A stretch of 64,000 bases of DNA from an uncultured Nitrosopumilales archaeon (GCA_964413565.1 CAYPSJ010000020.1:2947-66946); one strand, 5' to 3'; shown: positions 1-8,744, numbered from the stretch's first letter. Numbers and translations: made by a program. Notes: generated from the letters alone by a model not told the origin.

Positions 1-190
1 TTATCAGGTAGCCGACGCCTGTGATTGCTCCCCATGCCGCGTCAATGGGCTCCCAGTCGTGCCGCTCCCATCTCTCCCTGCGCCAGGTCCACCACCAGTC
101 GGCCGGGGAGTACTCTCCAACCCTGGCTCCGCAGCTTTGACAATAGATGGCACCTGAAGCCAGCTCCTTCCCGCATCTCTGGCAGTACAT
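1..190 (-). CDS. zinc-ribbon domain protein, N-terminal part only (gene runs off the left edge)
   Basis: Absent from the ORF track because no stop is reached. Minus-strand reading from ATG (190..188) gives MYCQRCGKELASGAIYCQSCGARVGEYSPADWWWTWRRERWERHDWEPIDAAWGAITGVGYLI. This is a CxxC-x10-CxxC zinc ribbon followed by a Trp/Arg-rich stretch. Confidence 0.45.
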   Translation of the reverse strand, partial: MYCQRCGKELASGAIYCQSCGARVGEYSPADWWWTWRRERWERHDWEPIDAAWGAITGVGYLI

Positions 191-353
191 CCCGGTCAGA
201 GGGCGGACGCTACGCCTTAACCCGACTCCCTAACAAACCCTCGAGGATCCTCTCATTGGCCCCGGACGCGAGCTTGGTGCACCTGTTAGGGTCTGCTCCC
301 TGCTCTGAAACGGTTATTACTCAGTCTTGCTTCTTGTATATATTCGGACTGCC

Positions 354-1037
354 ATGATGGTGATAGTCCGGATATTCCCGAGCGGCGAGCTGGAGGAGAG
401 CTGGAATCGAGTCATCGACAAAATCGAAGATCTGTCGAATATGTACTGCACCCCCCTTTACCTTTCTCAGCGGGAAGAGGAGAAACTAATGACGCTCATC
501 TATGACGTGAAGGACCCAGATCACCTCGCCGATATCGTCGTTAGAAAAATCCCAGAGCTTCTGCGTCCGGAAAAGATGAGAACTATCACTCTTCTGAGAC
601 CCGTCTTCTTCCCTGCCCCGAAGGACAGGCCGCAGAACCTAGAGAGATACCAGGTCTCTGTGAAGGCCAATTGCGCAGAGTTCGAGAGCATCTTCAACCA
701 CCTGCTCCACCTGAGCTACCCGACCGACGTGTTTCCGACATATGCGGCTTACTCCTTTGGCGAGGACGACATTCTGCTCTCAATGCTTTCTACGACCAGA
801 GAAAGGCTTGGACAGTTTCTCGGTGAGCACTTGGAGTCCCAAAAGGGTGTAATCAGCGTAGGAATCGGCCACATAAGCAGATCAAAGAGGGTCGCCCCCA
901 CACAGATGTGGAAGAGGTATAGGGAGAACAGATATCTCTCCAGGCCGACTGCGGAACAGGAGGAGTATGACTTCTTGGAACGGGAGGTCCTTCAGGGGGC
1001 GCGGGAGCGTGATGTCGAGACTTCCAGCTTCTGGTAG
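354..1037 (+). CDS. hypothetical protein; two internal halves loosely resembling Lrp/AsnC-type ligand-binding (RAM) domains, no HTH
   Basis: ORF 327..1037, first ATG at 354 (MMVIVRIF). The halves VIVRIFPSG...DPDHLADIVVRKIPEL...MRTITLL and YQVSVKAN...GEDDILLSMLSTTRERLGQFLGEHL...GVISVGIGHI show the beta-alpha-beta-beta-alpha-beta-like pattern of RAM domains. The resemblance is weak. Confidence 0.4.
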   Translation: MMVIVRIFPSGELEESWNRVIDKIEDLSNMYCTPLYLSQREEEKLMTLIYDVKDPDHLADIVVRKIPELLRPEKMRTITLLRPVFFPAPKDRPQNLERYQVSVKANCAEFESIFNHLLHLSYPTDVFPTYAAYSFGEDDILLSMLSTTRERLGQFLGEHLESQKGVISVGIGHISRSKRVAPTQMWKRYRENRYLSRPTAEQEEYDFLEREVLQGARERDVETSSFW

Positions 1038-1100
1038 TTTGAGGCTCTAGGAAGCAGAGACTGCCTCGTCCTTGCGAAGGACCGACGACATCTCCCAGAC

Positions 1101-1508
1101 CTAGGCTCTGCCCACCAGTCTCTCGAGAGCGTGCACCGTTCCCGACCTGAAATGGCCCTCGTTCCATTTCGAAGCTATCCCGAAGACGCCTCTGAATTTC
1201 ACGTCCCACGCAGCGGTGATACGGCTCCCGTCCACGGCTATAATCTGCTTCCCCGTGAACGGCCCTGACGCGTAGTCTATAGTCAGCGTCCGCTTTTCTT
1301 CATCGGTGTAAATGTTCGCCTCTCCAGAGCCCCCAAAGGCGAACTTGACCTTCACCCGTACCACTCCCTTATCTTCCCTCACGATGTCAAGCGAGCGCGT
1401 CCCGTGCCAATAGATCGGAATGTCCCTGATTGTCGACGCCCTCTTCCAGACTTCGAGGGCGTTGCCTTCTAGCTTCATTGACTCCTCAAACTGCATTCCT
1501 GGTTCCAA
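1101..1508 (-). CDS. hypothetical protein, possibly SRPBCC/START-like fold
   Basis: 135-aa ORF of protein-like composition. The function call is from size and beta-rich pattern only. Confidence 0.4.
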   Translation of the reverse strand: MEPGMQFEESMKLEGNALEVWKRASTIRDIPIYWHGTRSLDIVREDKGVVRVKVKFAFGGSGEANIYTDEEKRTLTIDYASGPFTGKQIIAVDGSRITAAWDVKFRGVFGIASKWNEGHFRSGTVHALERLVGRA

Positions 1509-1560
1509 GGTGCCAAGCGCGTAGAAAAAGAGAGCGTTCGAAGTCGTCGTCAGTTTCGGG

Positions 1561-1869
1561 CTACTCTACCGCCCTTACCTTGTCTTCCATGCGTCTTTCC
1601 TTGTCACGCCTGTCGTCTACCCTCAAAACGAAGTCGACCCTCTTTGCTCCCATACGGAACAGGGATTCATGGGCCGCCTCCACCGCAGAAAGTATGTCGG
1701 AGAGTTTCTCCGCTTCAATCACGGTCGCCATGGGGGTCACCTGCAGCCTTAGACCCTTGGCCTTTTCGAGCTCTGCCAACGCCCTCCTGACGTATCTGCT
1801 TAGGCTCGTCCCTTCGCCTATGGGATGTATCGAGAACTCAGCGATAACGCGGTGCCCCTTCCTGGCCAT
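1561..1869 (-). CDS. MTH1187/YkoF-family thiamine-binding protein (DUF77)
   Basis: 102 aa. VIAEFSIHPIGEGTSLSRYV...LQVTPMATVIEAE...GAKRVDFVLRVDDRRDK matches the family pattern. Confidence 0.75.
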   Translation of the reverse strand: MARKGHRVIAEFSIHPIGEGTSLSRYVRRALAELEKAKGLRLQVTPMATVIEAEKLSDILSAVEAAHESLFRMGAKRVDFVLRVDDRRDKERRMEDKVRAVE

Positions 1870-2156
1870 GCCTGCGAAAGGTTCAGGCCGGCTAAAAAAT
1901 CCACTGCTGGTGAGCGAACCGGCGTTAGGTGTACCACTTTAATACAACAAACTCCTCCAACAGAGGGGTCGGTTCCAAGGTGTCATCCGAGGTTCCGAAG
2001 CCGAGGAGCAGAGAGGGAGATTCCAGGGCCGAGGCTTTCGAGGAGGAGTACAAACAGTCGCACCCGGACGGCCCCTACCCTCCGGTGGAGACCAAGTCCA
2101 AGCCCGAAACGAAACCTGCCTGATTGCTGGGTTCCTGCGTAGAGCGGTCCTGCTGG

Positions 2157-2237
2157 CTACTCTTCCGTTTCCTCTTCGTCGCCCCAGCCTTCCTCGTCCT
2201 CGTCTTCTTCGTCCAGCTCTTCGTCTTCCTCAGACAT
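2157..2237 (-). CDS. candidate 26-aa hyperacidic micro-protein (MSEEDEELDEEDEDEEGWGDEEETEE)
   Basis: ATG (2237..2235) to TAG (2159..2157) on the minus strand; too short for the ORF track. A TTAATA hexamer (minus strand, 2268..2263) lies about 28 nt upstream of the ATG, as expected for a leaderless archaeal mRNA. It could equally be low-complexity noise. Confidence 0.2.
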   Translation of the reverse strand: MSEEDEELDEEDEDEEGWGDEEETEE

Positions 2238-2328
2238 GACCGCCCGCCCGTGCAAAAGCCGGTATTAACGTCTCACCCCTGAGCCGAAAGGAATCTCTTA
2301 ATGGATGTCAGTAAGTTGAGCCTTGGGC

Positions 2329-2769
2329 ATGCACTTTGAGGTGTCCATCATCGTCAAGGTTCCACGCACTAGGGTCTACTCCTCTTACACGGACTTCGAA
2401 TCCATGCCGAAGTGGTCGAAAGACAAGCATGAAGTCAGGGTTGCGAGGAAAGAGGGAGACACGGTGTACCTCGAGAGAACTTCAGGAGCCGGAGGCGGCA
2501 GGAGGGCCAGAGAGATGAAGCTCTTCCCTCCCGAGAGGGTCGAATCCGAAGGTGAGACAAGGATGACTCAAACCAGGAGCGTCGTCAGGTTCGACGAAGT
2601 GCCAGAAGGGACGAGAATAACGGCTTCCTTAGACGTAGAGCTGAAGGGGCGCTGGTCCTGGTTCTTCAAGACACAGAGGAAGGAAGAGGCGGAGTCCTCA
2701 GCCATGGAGGAACTCAGTTCCTTTGCCAAGTATGTCGAAGGCGCTCTCGGTTCTACTGACCCAGTCTAA
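2329..2769 (+). CDS. SRPBCC-family protein (polyketide cyclase/dehydrase-like)
   Basis: ORF 2323..2769, ATG at 2329. The call rests on N-terminal VPRTRVYSSYTDFESMPKWS and overall size. Confidence 0.6.
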   Translation: MHFEVSIIVKVPRTRVYSSYTDFESMPKWSKDKHEVRVARKEGDTVYLERTSGAGGGRRAREMKLFPPERVESEGETRMTQTRSVVRFDEVPEGTRITASLDVELKGRWSWFFKTQRKEEAESSAMEELSSFAKYVEGALGSTDPV

Positions 2770-3550
2770 GCAGCCTGTATGTAAGTGCGTGAACCAATGG
2801 GGTCACGGCTATTGCCAGCCCGAACGAAGGTCCGACACCCAGCCATATGATGGTGGTGCTCACTGTCAGGAAGAAGACAGCGGGGGTGAACAGTCCCAAC
2901 GTGGCACCTCTGACGAGTTGCGCCGCAGGCGCCGCCCCCTGCAGGCGGAACGTCGACGATGCCAGCACGCTGACATAGACCGGAAAGGGGGTCAGGAGTC
3001 CGCTCAACTGGGGGCCGAGCATTGTTGACGCCTGAGTTATGAGTAGTACGAGTGCTGTGGCAGCAACCATCCTGAACGCAATTTCCCACTTGGCCACGGG
3101 AAGATTTGATCCCATAGCACCCCGCGCCCTCGGCAGCCATCGATATGCTAGAAGCAGGAACACTACCACCCCGACAAAAGCTGCGACCGAAGGTACTGGG
3201 ATGCCCACGAAGACAAGTGTCAGAAGAAAGAAGGCGCCCGAGCCGAGCAACACGGGGTAGGGCCATGACGTGCCCACCTGCCGCAGCGCTAGCCAACAGT
3301 AGGCGAAGGCAAAAAGAGTAATTGACGCTAGTCCCAAGATCACCCCCACAGACGCGTTCGATGCGAATTCGTCTCCCTGCTCCACGGCCAGGAAGAAAAT
3401 CACGGGAGCCGATGTAAACGGAAGGCTCACCAGCCAGCCGCTCACCGCCGGGCCCCATCGATTCCCCACCAGGCTTGCGGCAAGGATCAGCGACGGAACC
3501 AAGAGAAGCTTCAGGAGGAAAATAATGTCAAACAAGCGGACCCATCTCAA
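2753..3550 (-). CDS. polytopic integral membrane protein, function unknown
   Basis: 265 aa with about 8 hydrophobic segments. Its start overlaps the stop of the upstream small gene. Confidence 0.55.
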   Translation of the reverse strand: MRWVRLFDIIFLLKLLLVPSLILAASLVGNRWGPAVSGWLVSLPFTSAPVIFFLAVEQGDEFASNASVGVILGLASITLFAFAYCWLALRQVGTSWPYPVLLGSGAFFLLTLVFVGIPVPSVAAFVGVVVFLLLAYRWLPRARGAMGSNLPVAKWEIAFRMVAATALVLLITQASTMLGPQLSGLLTPFPVYVSVLASSTFRLQGAAPAAQLVRGATLGLFTPAVFFLTVSTTIIWLGVGPSFGLAIAVTPLVHALTYRLLRLGQ

Positions 3551-3792
3551 CGTGTCCTAACCGGGAATTTCTGACCTTCGCCGAGCAACGCCCTCCGCCG
3601 GCGCCTCATGGTGAAGTAAAGCGCCACCACGGCAATCATGGCTGTCACGGCCAGCGCTAGAACAAGGAGATTCGATGAAGAGTTCAAGGTGAAAGGATGG
3701 GTTGCGTTTCCATCGGCCTCATCGAGTGTCACGGTTCCCCAAGGCGTGCCCAGGGCCGCAACGAGGATTGCACGCAGGGTGGGCACGCCCAC
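3547..3792 (-). CDS. small secreted/membrane-anchored protein
   Basis: 81 aa with an N-terminal hydrophobic signal-like segment and a C-terminal TM helix followed by RRRRR. It overlaps the downstream membrane gene by 4 nt. Confidence 0.4.
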   Translation of the reverse strand: MGVPTLRAILVAALGTPWGTVTLDEADGNATHPFTLNSSSNLLVLALAVTAMIAVVALYFTMRRRRRALLGEGQKFPVRTR

Positions 3793-3850
3793 CCAAACGG
3801 TCTGCTCGCTTCAAAACACTTCTCTCTGAATCGCCGATTGAAACCCAATT

Positions 3851-4480
3851 TCACGCAGGCTTTCCGAGCGGTTGAACGTACAGCGGCCTTTCATCTGCCT
3901 CGGCGCCGAGAACCCTCCTGACAGCGGCTTCGCCAAAAGCGCCCATCACGACCGTTCCTATCCCCAAGGCAGTTGCCTGAAGAAAGATGTTCTGCGCAAC
4001 ATGGCCTGATTCCTGGAACATGTACTGGGTCCCTCTTCTCCCGTACTTCTCCGCCGTCCTGCTGAGCACGCCGGTGATTACGATTGTCGCTGCAGCTTCC
4101 TTAACGATGTCTTGGCCCCAGGTCGCGGCCTCCAAATCTGCGGAGACGTCGCCCCCTTTGACGGGCGTCAGCACATGTCCCTTGGGGTGGTAATGATACA
4201 CGCCTTCAGGTAGAGCCTCGACCCCCGCCTTCCTTACCACGACATAGACTTCGAGGGGGAAGAGAGCTCCCGCCGAGGGAGCCGTCCGGAATCCACCATC
4301 TTGTTCCGTTATCCCCTGAGCGGCCCAGAGAATCTGCGAAAGGGACCGGAGCGTCAGTGGTTTCTGACTGTAGTGTCTGATTGACCTTCTCTGAGCCATC
4401 GCTTCCTCGACCGAGACATTCCCCTTCGTGGCTGCGAGAGGAAGTTCTATCGACGGAAGCACGACTGGAGAGCTTGCCAA
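3851..4480 (-). CDS. SagB/ThcOx-type nitroreductase-fold dehydrogenase
   Basis: RRSIRHYSQKPLTL...ILWAAQGIT...RTAPSAGALFPLEVYVV...HYHP is typical of the SagB-type dehydrogenase domain. Confidence 0.7.
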   Translation of the reverse strand: MASSPVVLPSIELPLAATKGNVSVEEAMAQRRSIRHYSQKPLTLRSLSQILWAAQGITEQDGGFRTAPSAGALFPLEVYVVVRKAGVEALPEGVYHYHPKGHVLTPVKGGDVSADLEAATWGQDIVKEAAATIVITGVLSRTAEKYGRRGTQYMFQESGHVAQNIFLQATALGIGTVVMGAFGEAAVRRVLGAEADERPLYVQPLGKPA

Positions 4481-4676
4481 GAACCGATCTGCCCTTCGAA
4501 AAATCGCAGGCTGTTAACATCGGGGGTCGTTTCTCACTCGTGAGAAAGCACTCCCCAGCAGAGTTCCAGGGGAAGCCTGCGGGCAAAGACACGCGAAACA
4601 GACCTGTCCTCGAAGAGACATCCCTGAAGGATGCGACCCGATTTGTCGACTAGTTTTGCGAGACTCAGTTCTGTCT

Positions 4677-4985
4677 TCACGCGTTCGCCATTTCGAGTAG
4701 GACGTCCGCGTGGCAGTACACTTTCTCCCATTTCGGATTGGTCAGCGGGCACCAGCACGCCAAGTTCTTGCCTCTCAATGGCTCCAAGAAATCGGGGTCC
4801 TGTTCGACCAGATGCTGGATATGCAACCTATAGACGTCCATTACGCCTTGGAGTACCTTCGGGGAATGGACCCTGGTGCGGTCTGACAGAAATGGATTCG
4901 CCCACACACTCGGCCGACCCACGTAAACTGTGTTATCGGGCATCTTCCACCCCCTTGTCCTTCGCCGTTGTATTCGCTCAGGCAT
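4677..4985 (-). CDS. DUF4326 domain protein
   Basis: Internal ATG at 4985 (MPERIQRRR). VYVGRPSVWANPF...LACWCP...CHADVLLE is the DUF4326 signature. It overlaps the endonuclease VII stop by 8 nt. Confidence 0.7.
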   Translation of the reverse strand: MPERIQRRRTRGWKMPDNTVYVGRPSVWANPFLSDRTRVHSPKVLQGVMDVYRLHIQHLVEQDPDFLEPLRGKNLACWCPLTNPKWEKVYCHADVLLEMANA

Positions 4986-5496
4986 GTATGTTTTGAACCC
5001 CGAGATATCCTTGAGCCTTCGCAACCCACTCTGAATTAGAGCCTAATCTCTCCAGCCATGCCAAGGCGCTATTGCATGGGAGGCAAAGTAAGCCGCGAAT
5101 TACTCCTGTATTATGGTCGTGATCGACTGAAAGAATTAGGTCAGCACGCCCGCAGATTGCGCATTTGCCGGCTTGATGTGAAAACATGCTGTCATAGTCC
5201 TGCATCGTGATACGGTACTTCATTTTCAGTTTGTTCTCCCTATCAAGTTCCTTAGCCTCCCGAGGATGGCTCTTCTTCCAATTGGAGCCAGTTCTCAAAC
5301 GATTAGATCTATGTCGAGGGCTGTTCGCATACAACCATCTGTCGTAGCAGGCATCACATAGACCTCTAGCTCTGTGTGGCTTTTCAGTATGACATCTTGC
5401 CCTTGGTCGGCTCGGAGACTTCAGCCAAGCGCGTTTGTATTCCCTCCTATCTCGGTGGGGCTTCTCGACAGTGCTCAGGCTTTGAGCGACTTCCAT
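4978..5496 (-). CDS. recombination endonuclease VII family protein with N-terminal Cys/His-rich extension
   Basis: CAICGR...SVDHDHNTGVIRGLLCLPCNSAL matches the phage T4 endonuclease VII family motif. The N-terminal part contains CH...GLCDACY. Local sequence is visibly more AT-rich than the flanks. Confidence 0.75.
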   Translation of the reverse strand: MEVAQSLSTVEKPHRDRREYKRAWLKSPSRPRARCHTEKPHRARGLCDACYDRWLYANSPRHRSNRLRTGSNWKKSHPREAKELDRENKLKMKYRITMQDYDSMFSHQAGKCAICGRADLILSVDHDHNTGVIRGLLCLPCNSALAWLERLGSNSEWVAKAQGYLGVQNIHA

Positions 5497-5569
5497 ATCC
5501 TACTACCAAACTCTCAATTCTGGATGCCCTCGTATTAACCATTCTTCCACTGGGGCGTGGGGGTCGCAA

Positions 5570-6181
5570 TCACTTTCGGAGAATGCGTTGGAATTCTCCA
5601 TAGCTCTTGGCTAGGAGTGCAGGATTCACCCTCGCCTCGACAGACAGTTTTCTGAATGGAACCTTCCCATAATCATGTCCAGGATAGATTATGGTCTCAG
5701 GGGGCAGACTGAGAATCACGGAATGCAGACTCCGGAACATCTGTTTCGGCGAGCCCCCGACGGAGTCGGTCCTCCCGCATCCCCCTATCAGCAGGGTGTC
5801 CCCGGTAAACAAATGCTTTCCGTCGTACAGGCAGATGCTGTCCTCGGTGTGCCCTGGCGTGTGCAGGACCTTCACCTCCAACCCACCGATTCTCAAGGCG
5901 TCGCCGTCATCGACGCCAAGGTCGTGGGAGATCGGCGAACTCCTGTGAGCCACGATTTTGGCATCAAACAGCCGGCCCAGCTGCCACAGGGTAGCGGTGT
6001 GGTCGGAGTGGTGGTGGGTGGCGACGGCATACTTCATGTCAAGCTTCTCGGCTTTGACAATCGCTACGATGGGTTCGATTTCCCAACCCGAGTCGATTAC
6101 GATCGATTCACCACTAGGCTCATCGACGAGAAGGTAGACGAAGTTCTGCTCGTCTCCAATCTTCATCTGTCTGACGGACAC
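5570..6181 (-). CDS. MBL-fold metallo-hydrolase (glyoxalase II-like)
   Basis: THHHSDH metal motif, then HTPGHT and GDTL. Confidence 0.8.
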   Translation of the reverse strand: MSVRQMKIGDEQNFVYLLVDEPSGESIVIDSGWEIEPIVAIVKAEKLDMKYAVATHHHSDHTATLWQLGRLFDAKIVAHRSSPISHDLGVDDGDALRIGGLEVKVLHTPGHTEDSICLYDGKHLFTGDTLLIGGCGRTDSVGGSPKQMFRSLHSVILSLPPETIIYPGHDYGKVPFRKLSVEARVNPALLAKSYGEFQRILRK

Positions 6182-6229
6182 GGCGGTTGGGGTCCGAGCG
6201 GGGCACTACCTAGGTCTTACCTGACTGGG

Positions 6230-6739
6230 TCAATGGCATCTGAAGGTCTCTGTTACGACCCGGAACACATCATCTCTCCCCTGCGCGCCAGGACCTCCCC
6301 AGTCAGAGCTGGTGTAGATTACGAAGTATCGGGACGTCCTGTCGCAGTGGAGATGCACCGATACTATCTCCTGGTTGGGTCTCTGCGGGCCGAGTAGCCC
6401 CCGCGGCACCGAGACCTCGGCTCGGCTGTAGGCGGCGGGGTGCCCGTTGATTTGCACATCTCTTTGCTCGACACGGTTCAATTTTCCCCGCGCACTCCTT
6501 GCGGCTCTTTCCATGCTGTACTTCGAATGTTCCCTCGGCGTGGGGAGCTTCTTGGCGATTCTCCGGAGCTCTCCCCAAGTGACGAAGACGACGGATTTCG
6601 TCGGAGACTTCACGGCCACGCTCCCCTCCTCCCGAGTGAACTTCGGGTCGAATTCTAGTTTCTGAGACACGGGAAAATCGAAGGACATCCCATAGATGCG
6701 GAGGGTGTCGCGCTCTGCTTCCCCCTGTAGCTCCGCCAT
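6230..6739 (-). CDS. hypothetical protein
   Basis: 169-aa ORF with balanced composition. It was preferred over the Arg/Gly-rich overlapping frame 6303..6758. Confidence 0.4.
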   Translation of the reverse strand: MAELQGEAERDTLRIYGMSFDFPVSQKLEFDPKFTREEGSVAVKSPTKSVVFVTWGELRRIAKKLPTPREHSKYSMERAARSARGKLNRVEQRDVQINGHPAAYSRAEVSVPRGLLGPQRPNQEIVSVHLHCDRTSRYFVIYTSSDWGGPGAQGRDDVFRVVTETFRCH

Positions 6740-6942
6740 CGAGCATTGGCCGACTCACCGGCTAGTAAAACATTGGTGGCTCCTCGGCTGTTCGCACCAA
6801 TGGACGCGAAATAGGTTCGCGGACAAGCCTCCTTGATTCTCGGAAGTCTGCACGCAATCCTGAACCGCCGTGCCTGTTCGAAGAGAATAAGCATGCTGCC
6901 CGCGCCCATCAAGGATAAAAGGGGAGCAAGTGGGCGACGTGC

Positions 6943-7737
6943 ATGCCTCCTCTTCAGAGCCCCGTGGAGGAAGCAGCTCGGGTCATAGATGCGGCCGATG
7001 CCAGCGGCGTTGTGCTCCGGCTCTTCGGGGGTGTTTCCTTCTGGTTCCGCTGTTCTTCTGCCAAGCTTCCCGGCCTCCAAAGGAAGTATGTTGACGTGGA
7101 TTTCATGGGGCACGCGAAACAATCCAAGGAAATCAAACAGCTCTTTGTCTCCCTCGACTACGTCCCGAGAGACAAGTTCAACGCCATACAGGGCTACAGG
7201 AGACTGATCTTCAATGATATGGCCAACCAAAGGCGCGTGGACGTTTTCCTCGACGTCTTCGAAATGTGCCACAGCTTCAACTTCAGGGACAGGCTGGAGG
7301 TCGACGCCAAAACAATCCCCCTTGCGGACATGCTCATCACCAAGATCCAAATAATCGACGTGAACGAAAAAGACCTGAAGGACGCTGTCTGCCTCTTCGC
7401 AGACTACGACGTGGGAGCCAGCGACAGGGAAATGATCAACGGCGCCTACATCGCGAATCTGTGCGCAAGCGACTGGGGGGTCTACAAGACTTTCACTATG
7501 AACCTCGACAGGCTCCTAGCAAAACTGAACGATTTCAGCCTGGGTGACGATGTCAAAACCTCCGTCAGGGACCGAGTGAACAAGCTCAGAACCATGATCG
7601 AAGACAAACCCAAGGACTTCAGATGGAAAATGAGGGCGAGAATAGGCGAGAAGGTGAAATGGTATGAGCTCCCAGAAGCAGACAAGGAGGTCGTCGACTC
7701 GCGGATGGCGAACGACGGCGCCCAGCCGAAGTCCTGA
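6943..7737 (+). CDS. nucleotidyltransferase-fold (pol beta-like) protein
   Basis: LFGGVSFWF...RKYVDVDF fits the hG[GS]-x(n)-DxD pattern of the pol-beta NTase fold. No finer family was recognised. Confidence 0.45.
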   Translation: MPPLQSPVEEAARVIDAADASGVVLRLFGGVSFWFRCSSAKLPGLQRKYVDVDFMGHAKQSKEIKQLFVSLDYVPRDKFNAIQGYRRLIFNDMANQRRVDVFLDVFEMCHSFNFRDRLEVDAKTIPLADMLITKIQIIDVNEKDLKDAVCLFADYDVGASDREMINGAYIANLCASDWGVYKTFTMNLDRLLAKLNDFSLGDDVKTSVRDRVNKLRTMIEDKPKDFRWKMRARIGEKVKWYELPEADKEVVDSRMANDGAQPKS

Positions 7738-7772
7738 AACGTTGTTAGGGACACGCGCTAATAATCGGCGGC

Positions 7773-8744
7773 GTGGCAGGAAATAGCGCCTTGACGAGCA
7801 CGAGAGTGTACTTTGTCACCGACGTGCACGGCTCTGAAAGATGCTTCCGAAAGTTCGTCAACGCAGGGAAGTTCTACGGAGTAAACGTCCTTGTGCTTGG
7901 CGGCGACATCACCGGGAAAATGATTGTCCCCTTTGTTGCGCAGGCTGACGGGACTACCGTTTGCAACTATGGGGGAGAAGAAATCACGCTGAAGTCTCAG
8001 GAAGAAACGGACAAGATGCTGAAGAAAGTGCGAGACTCGGGTTACTACCCGCACATGACTGATCCAAAGGAGATGCAGGAACTGCAAGCCGACAGGGCCA
8101 AGGTAGACAAGCTCTTCGAACGCGTGATGAAGGAGAGCGTGCAGCGTTGGATAGAACTGGCAGACGAGAGGCTAAGGGGCTCGGGCATTATTTGCTACAT
8201 CTCTCCTGGGAACGACGACTCATACGCTATAGACGAGGCGCTCGACTCGGGGGACTATGTGATTAATCCCGAGGAGAAAGTAGTGGATTTGGACAAAGAG
8301 CACGAAATGATCACCATGGGACACACGAACCACACCCCTTGGAAGAGCCCGAGGGAGGTGGACGAGGACGTCCTAACAGCGAAGATAGAGAAGATGGCAT
8401 CGCAGGTGAAGGACATGAAGAAAGCCGTCTTCAACCTCCACGTTCCCCCGATCGACACAACCATCGACCAGGCTCCCCTGCTCGACCCGACCTTCAAACC
8501 TGTCGTCTCTGGCGGACAGATTCTCATGACCTCGGCGGGGAGCACTGCCGTACGAGGTAGCATCGAAAAATACCAGCCCTTGGCAGGAATCCATGGCCAC
8601 ATTCACGAGGCGAGAGGAGTGGTGAAGATTGGCAGGACCCTCTGTTTTAACCCCGGGAGCGAGTACAACTCAGGGATTCTGAGAGGGCTCCTTTGCGAGC
8701 TAGATGGAGACAGAGTGAAGTCATACGTCCTGACATCGGGATAG
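7773..8744 (+). CDS. metallophosphoesterase family protein
   Basis: DVHG, GGDITGK, PGNDD and GHIHE motifs appear in the canonical order. The start is uncertain (GTG 7773, TTG 7791 or GTG 7806). Confidence 0.7.
   Translation: MAGNSALTSTRVYFVTDVHGSERCFRKFVNAGKFYGVNVLVLGGDITGKMIVPFVAQADGTTVCNYGGEEITLKSQEETDKMLKKVRDSGYYPHMTDPKEMQELQADRAKVDKLFERVMKESVQRWIELADERLRGSGIICYISPGNDDSYAIDEALDSGDYVINPEEKVVDLDKEHEMITMGHTNHTPWKSPREVDEDVLTAKIEKMASQVKDMKKAVFNLHVPPIDTTIDQAPLLDPTFKPVVSGGQILMTSAGSTAVRGSIEKYQPLAGIHGHIHEARGVVKIGRTLCFNPGSEYNSGILRGLLCELDGDRVKSYVLTSG

Noticed and set aside
1870-2156. ORFs 1825..2142 and 1929..2123 in the gap upstream of the MTH1187-family gene
   Set aside because: Their translations are low-complexity and Arg/Pro/Ser-rich or lack any motif. 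A TTTAATA element at about 1938 could serve either strand. The evidence is insufficient for a gene call.
2395-2403. TTCGAATCC, resembling a tRNA T-loop
   Set aside because: The flanking bases cannot form a T-stem or acceptor stem, and the site is inside the SRPBCC coding sequence. I saw no convincing tRNA anywhere in the window.
2753-4480. SagB-type dehydrogenase with neighbouring membrane proteins as a possible thiazole/oxazole-modified peptide (TOMM) cluster
   Set aside because: There is no YcaO/cyclodehydratase, no E1-like docking protein and no Cys/Ser/Thr-rich precursor peptide nearby. Stand-alone SagB-like nitroreductases are common.
6943-8744. Nucleotidyltransferase-fold gene followed by a metallophosphoesterase as a possible nucleotide-signalling (CBASS-like) defence pair
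   Set aside because: Only the generic GG.S...DxD pol-beta motif is visible. No cyclase-specific features or effector-type domains (TM, nuclease, TIR, patatin) are present. The 36-nt gap gives no evidence of coupling. I treat the adjacency as coincidental unless it proves conserved elsewhere.
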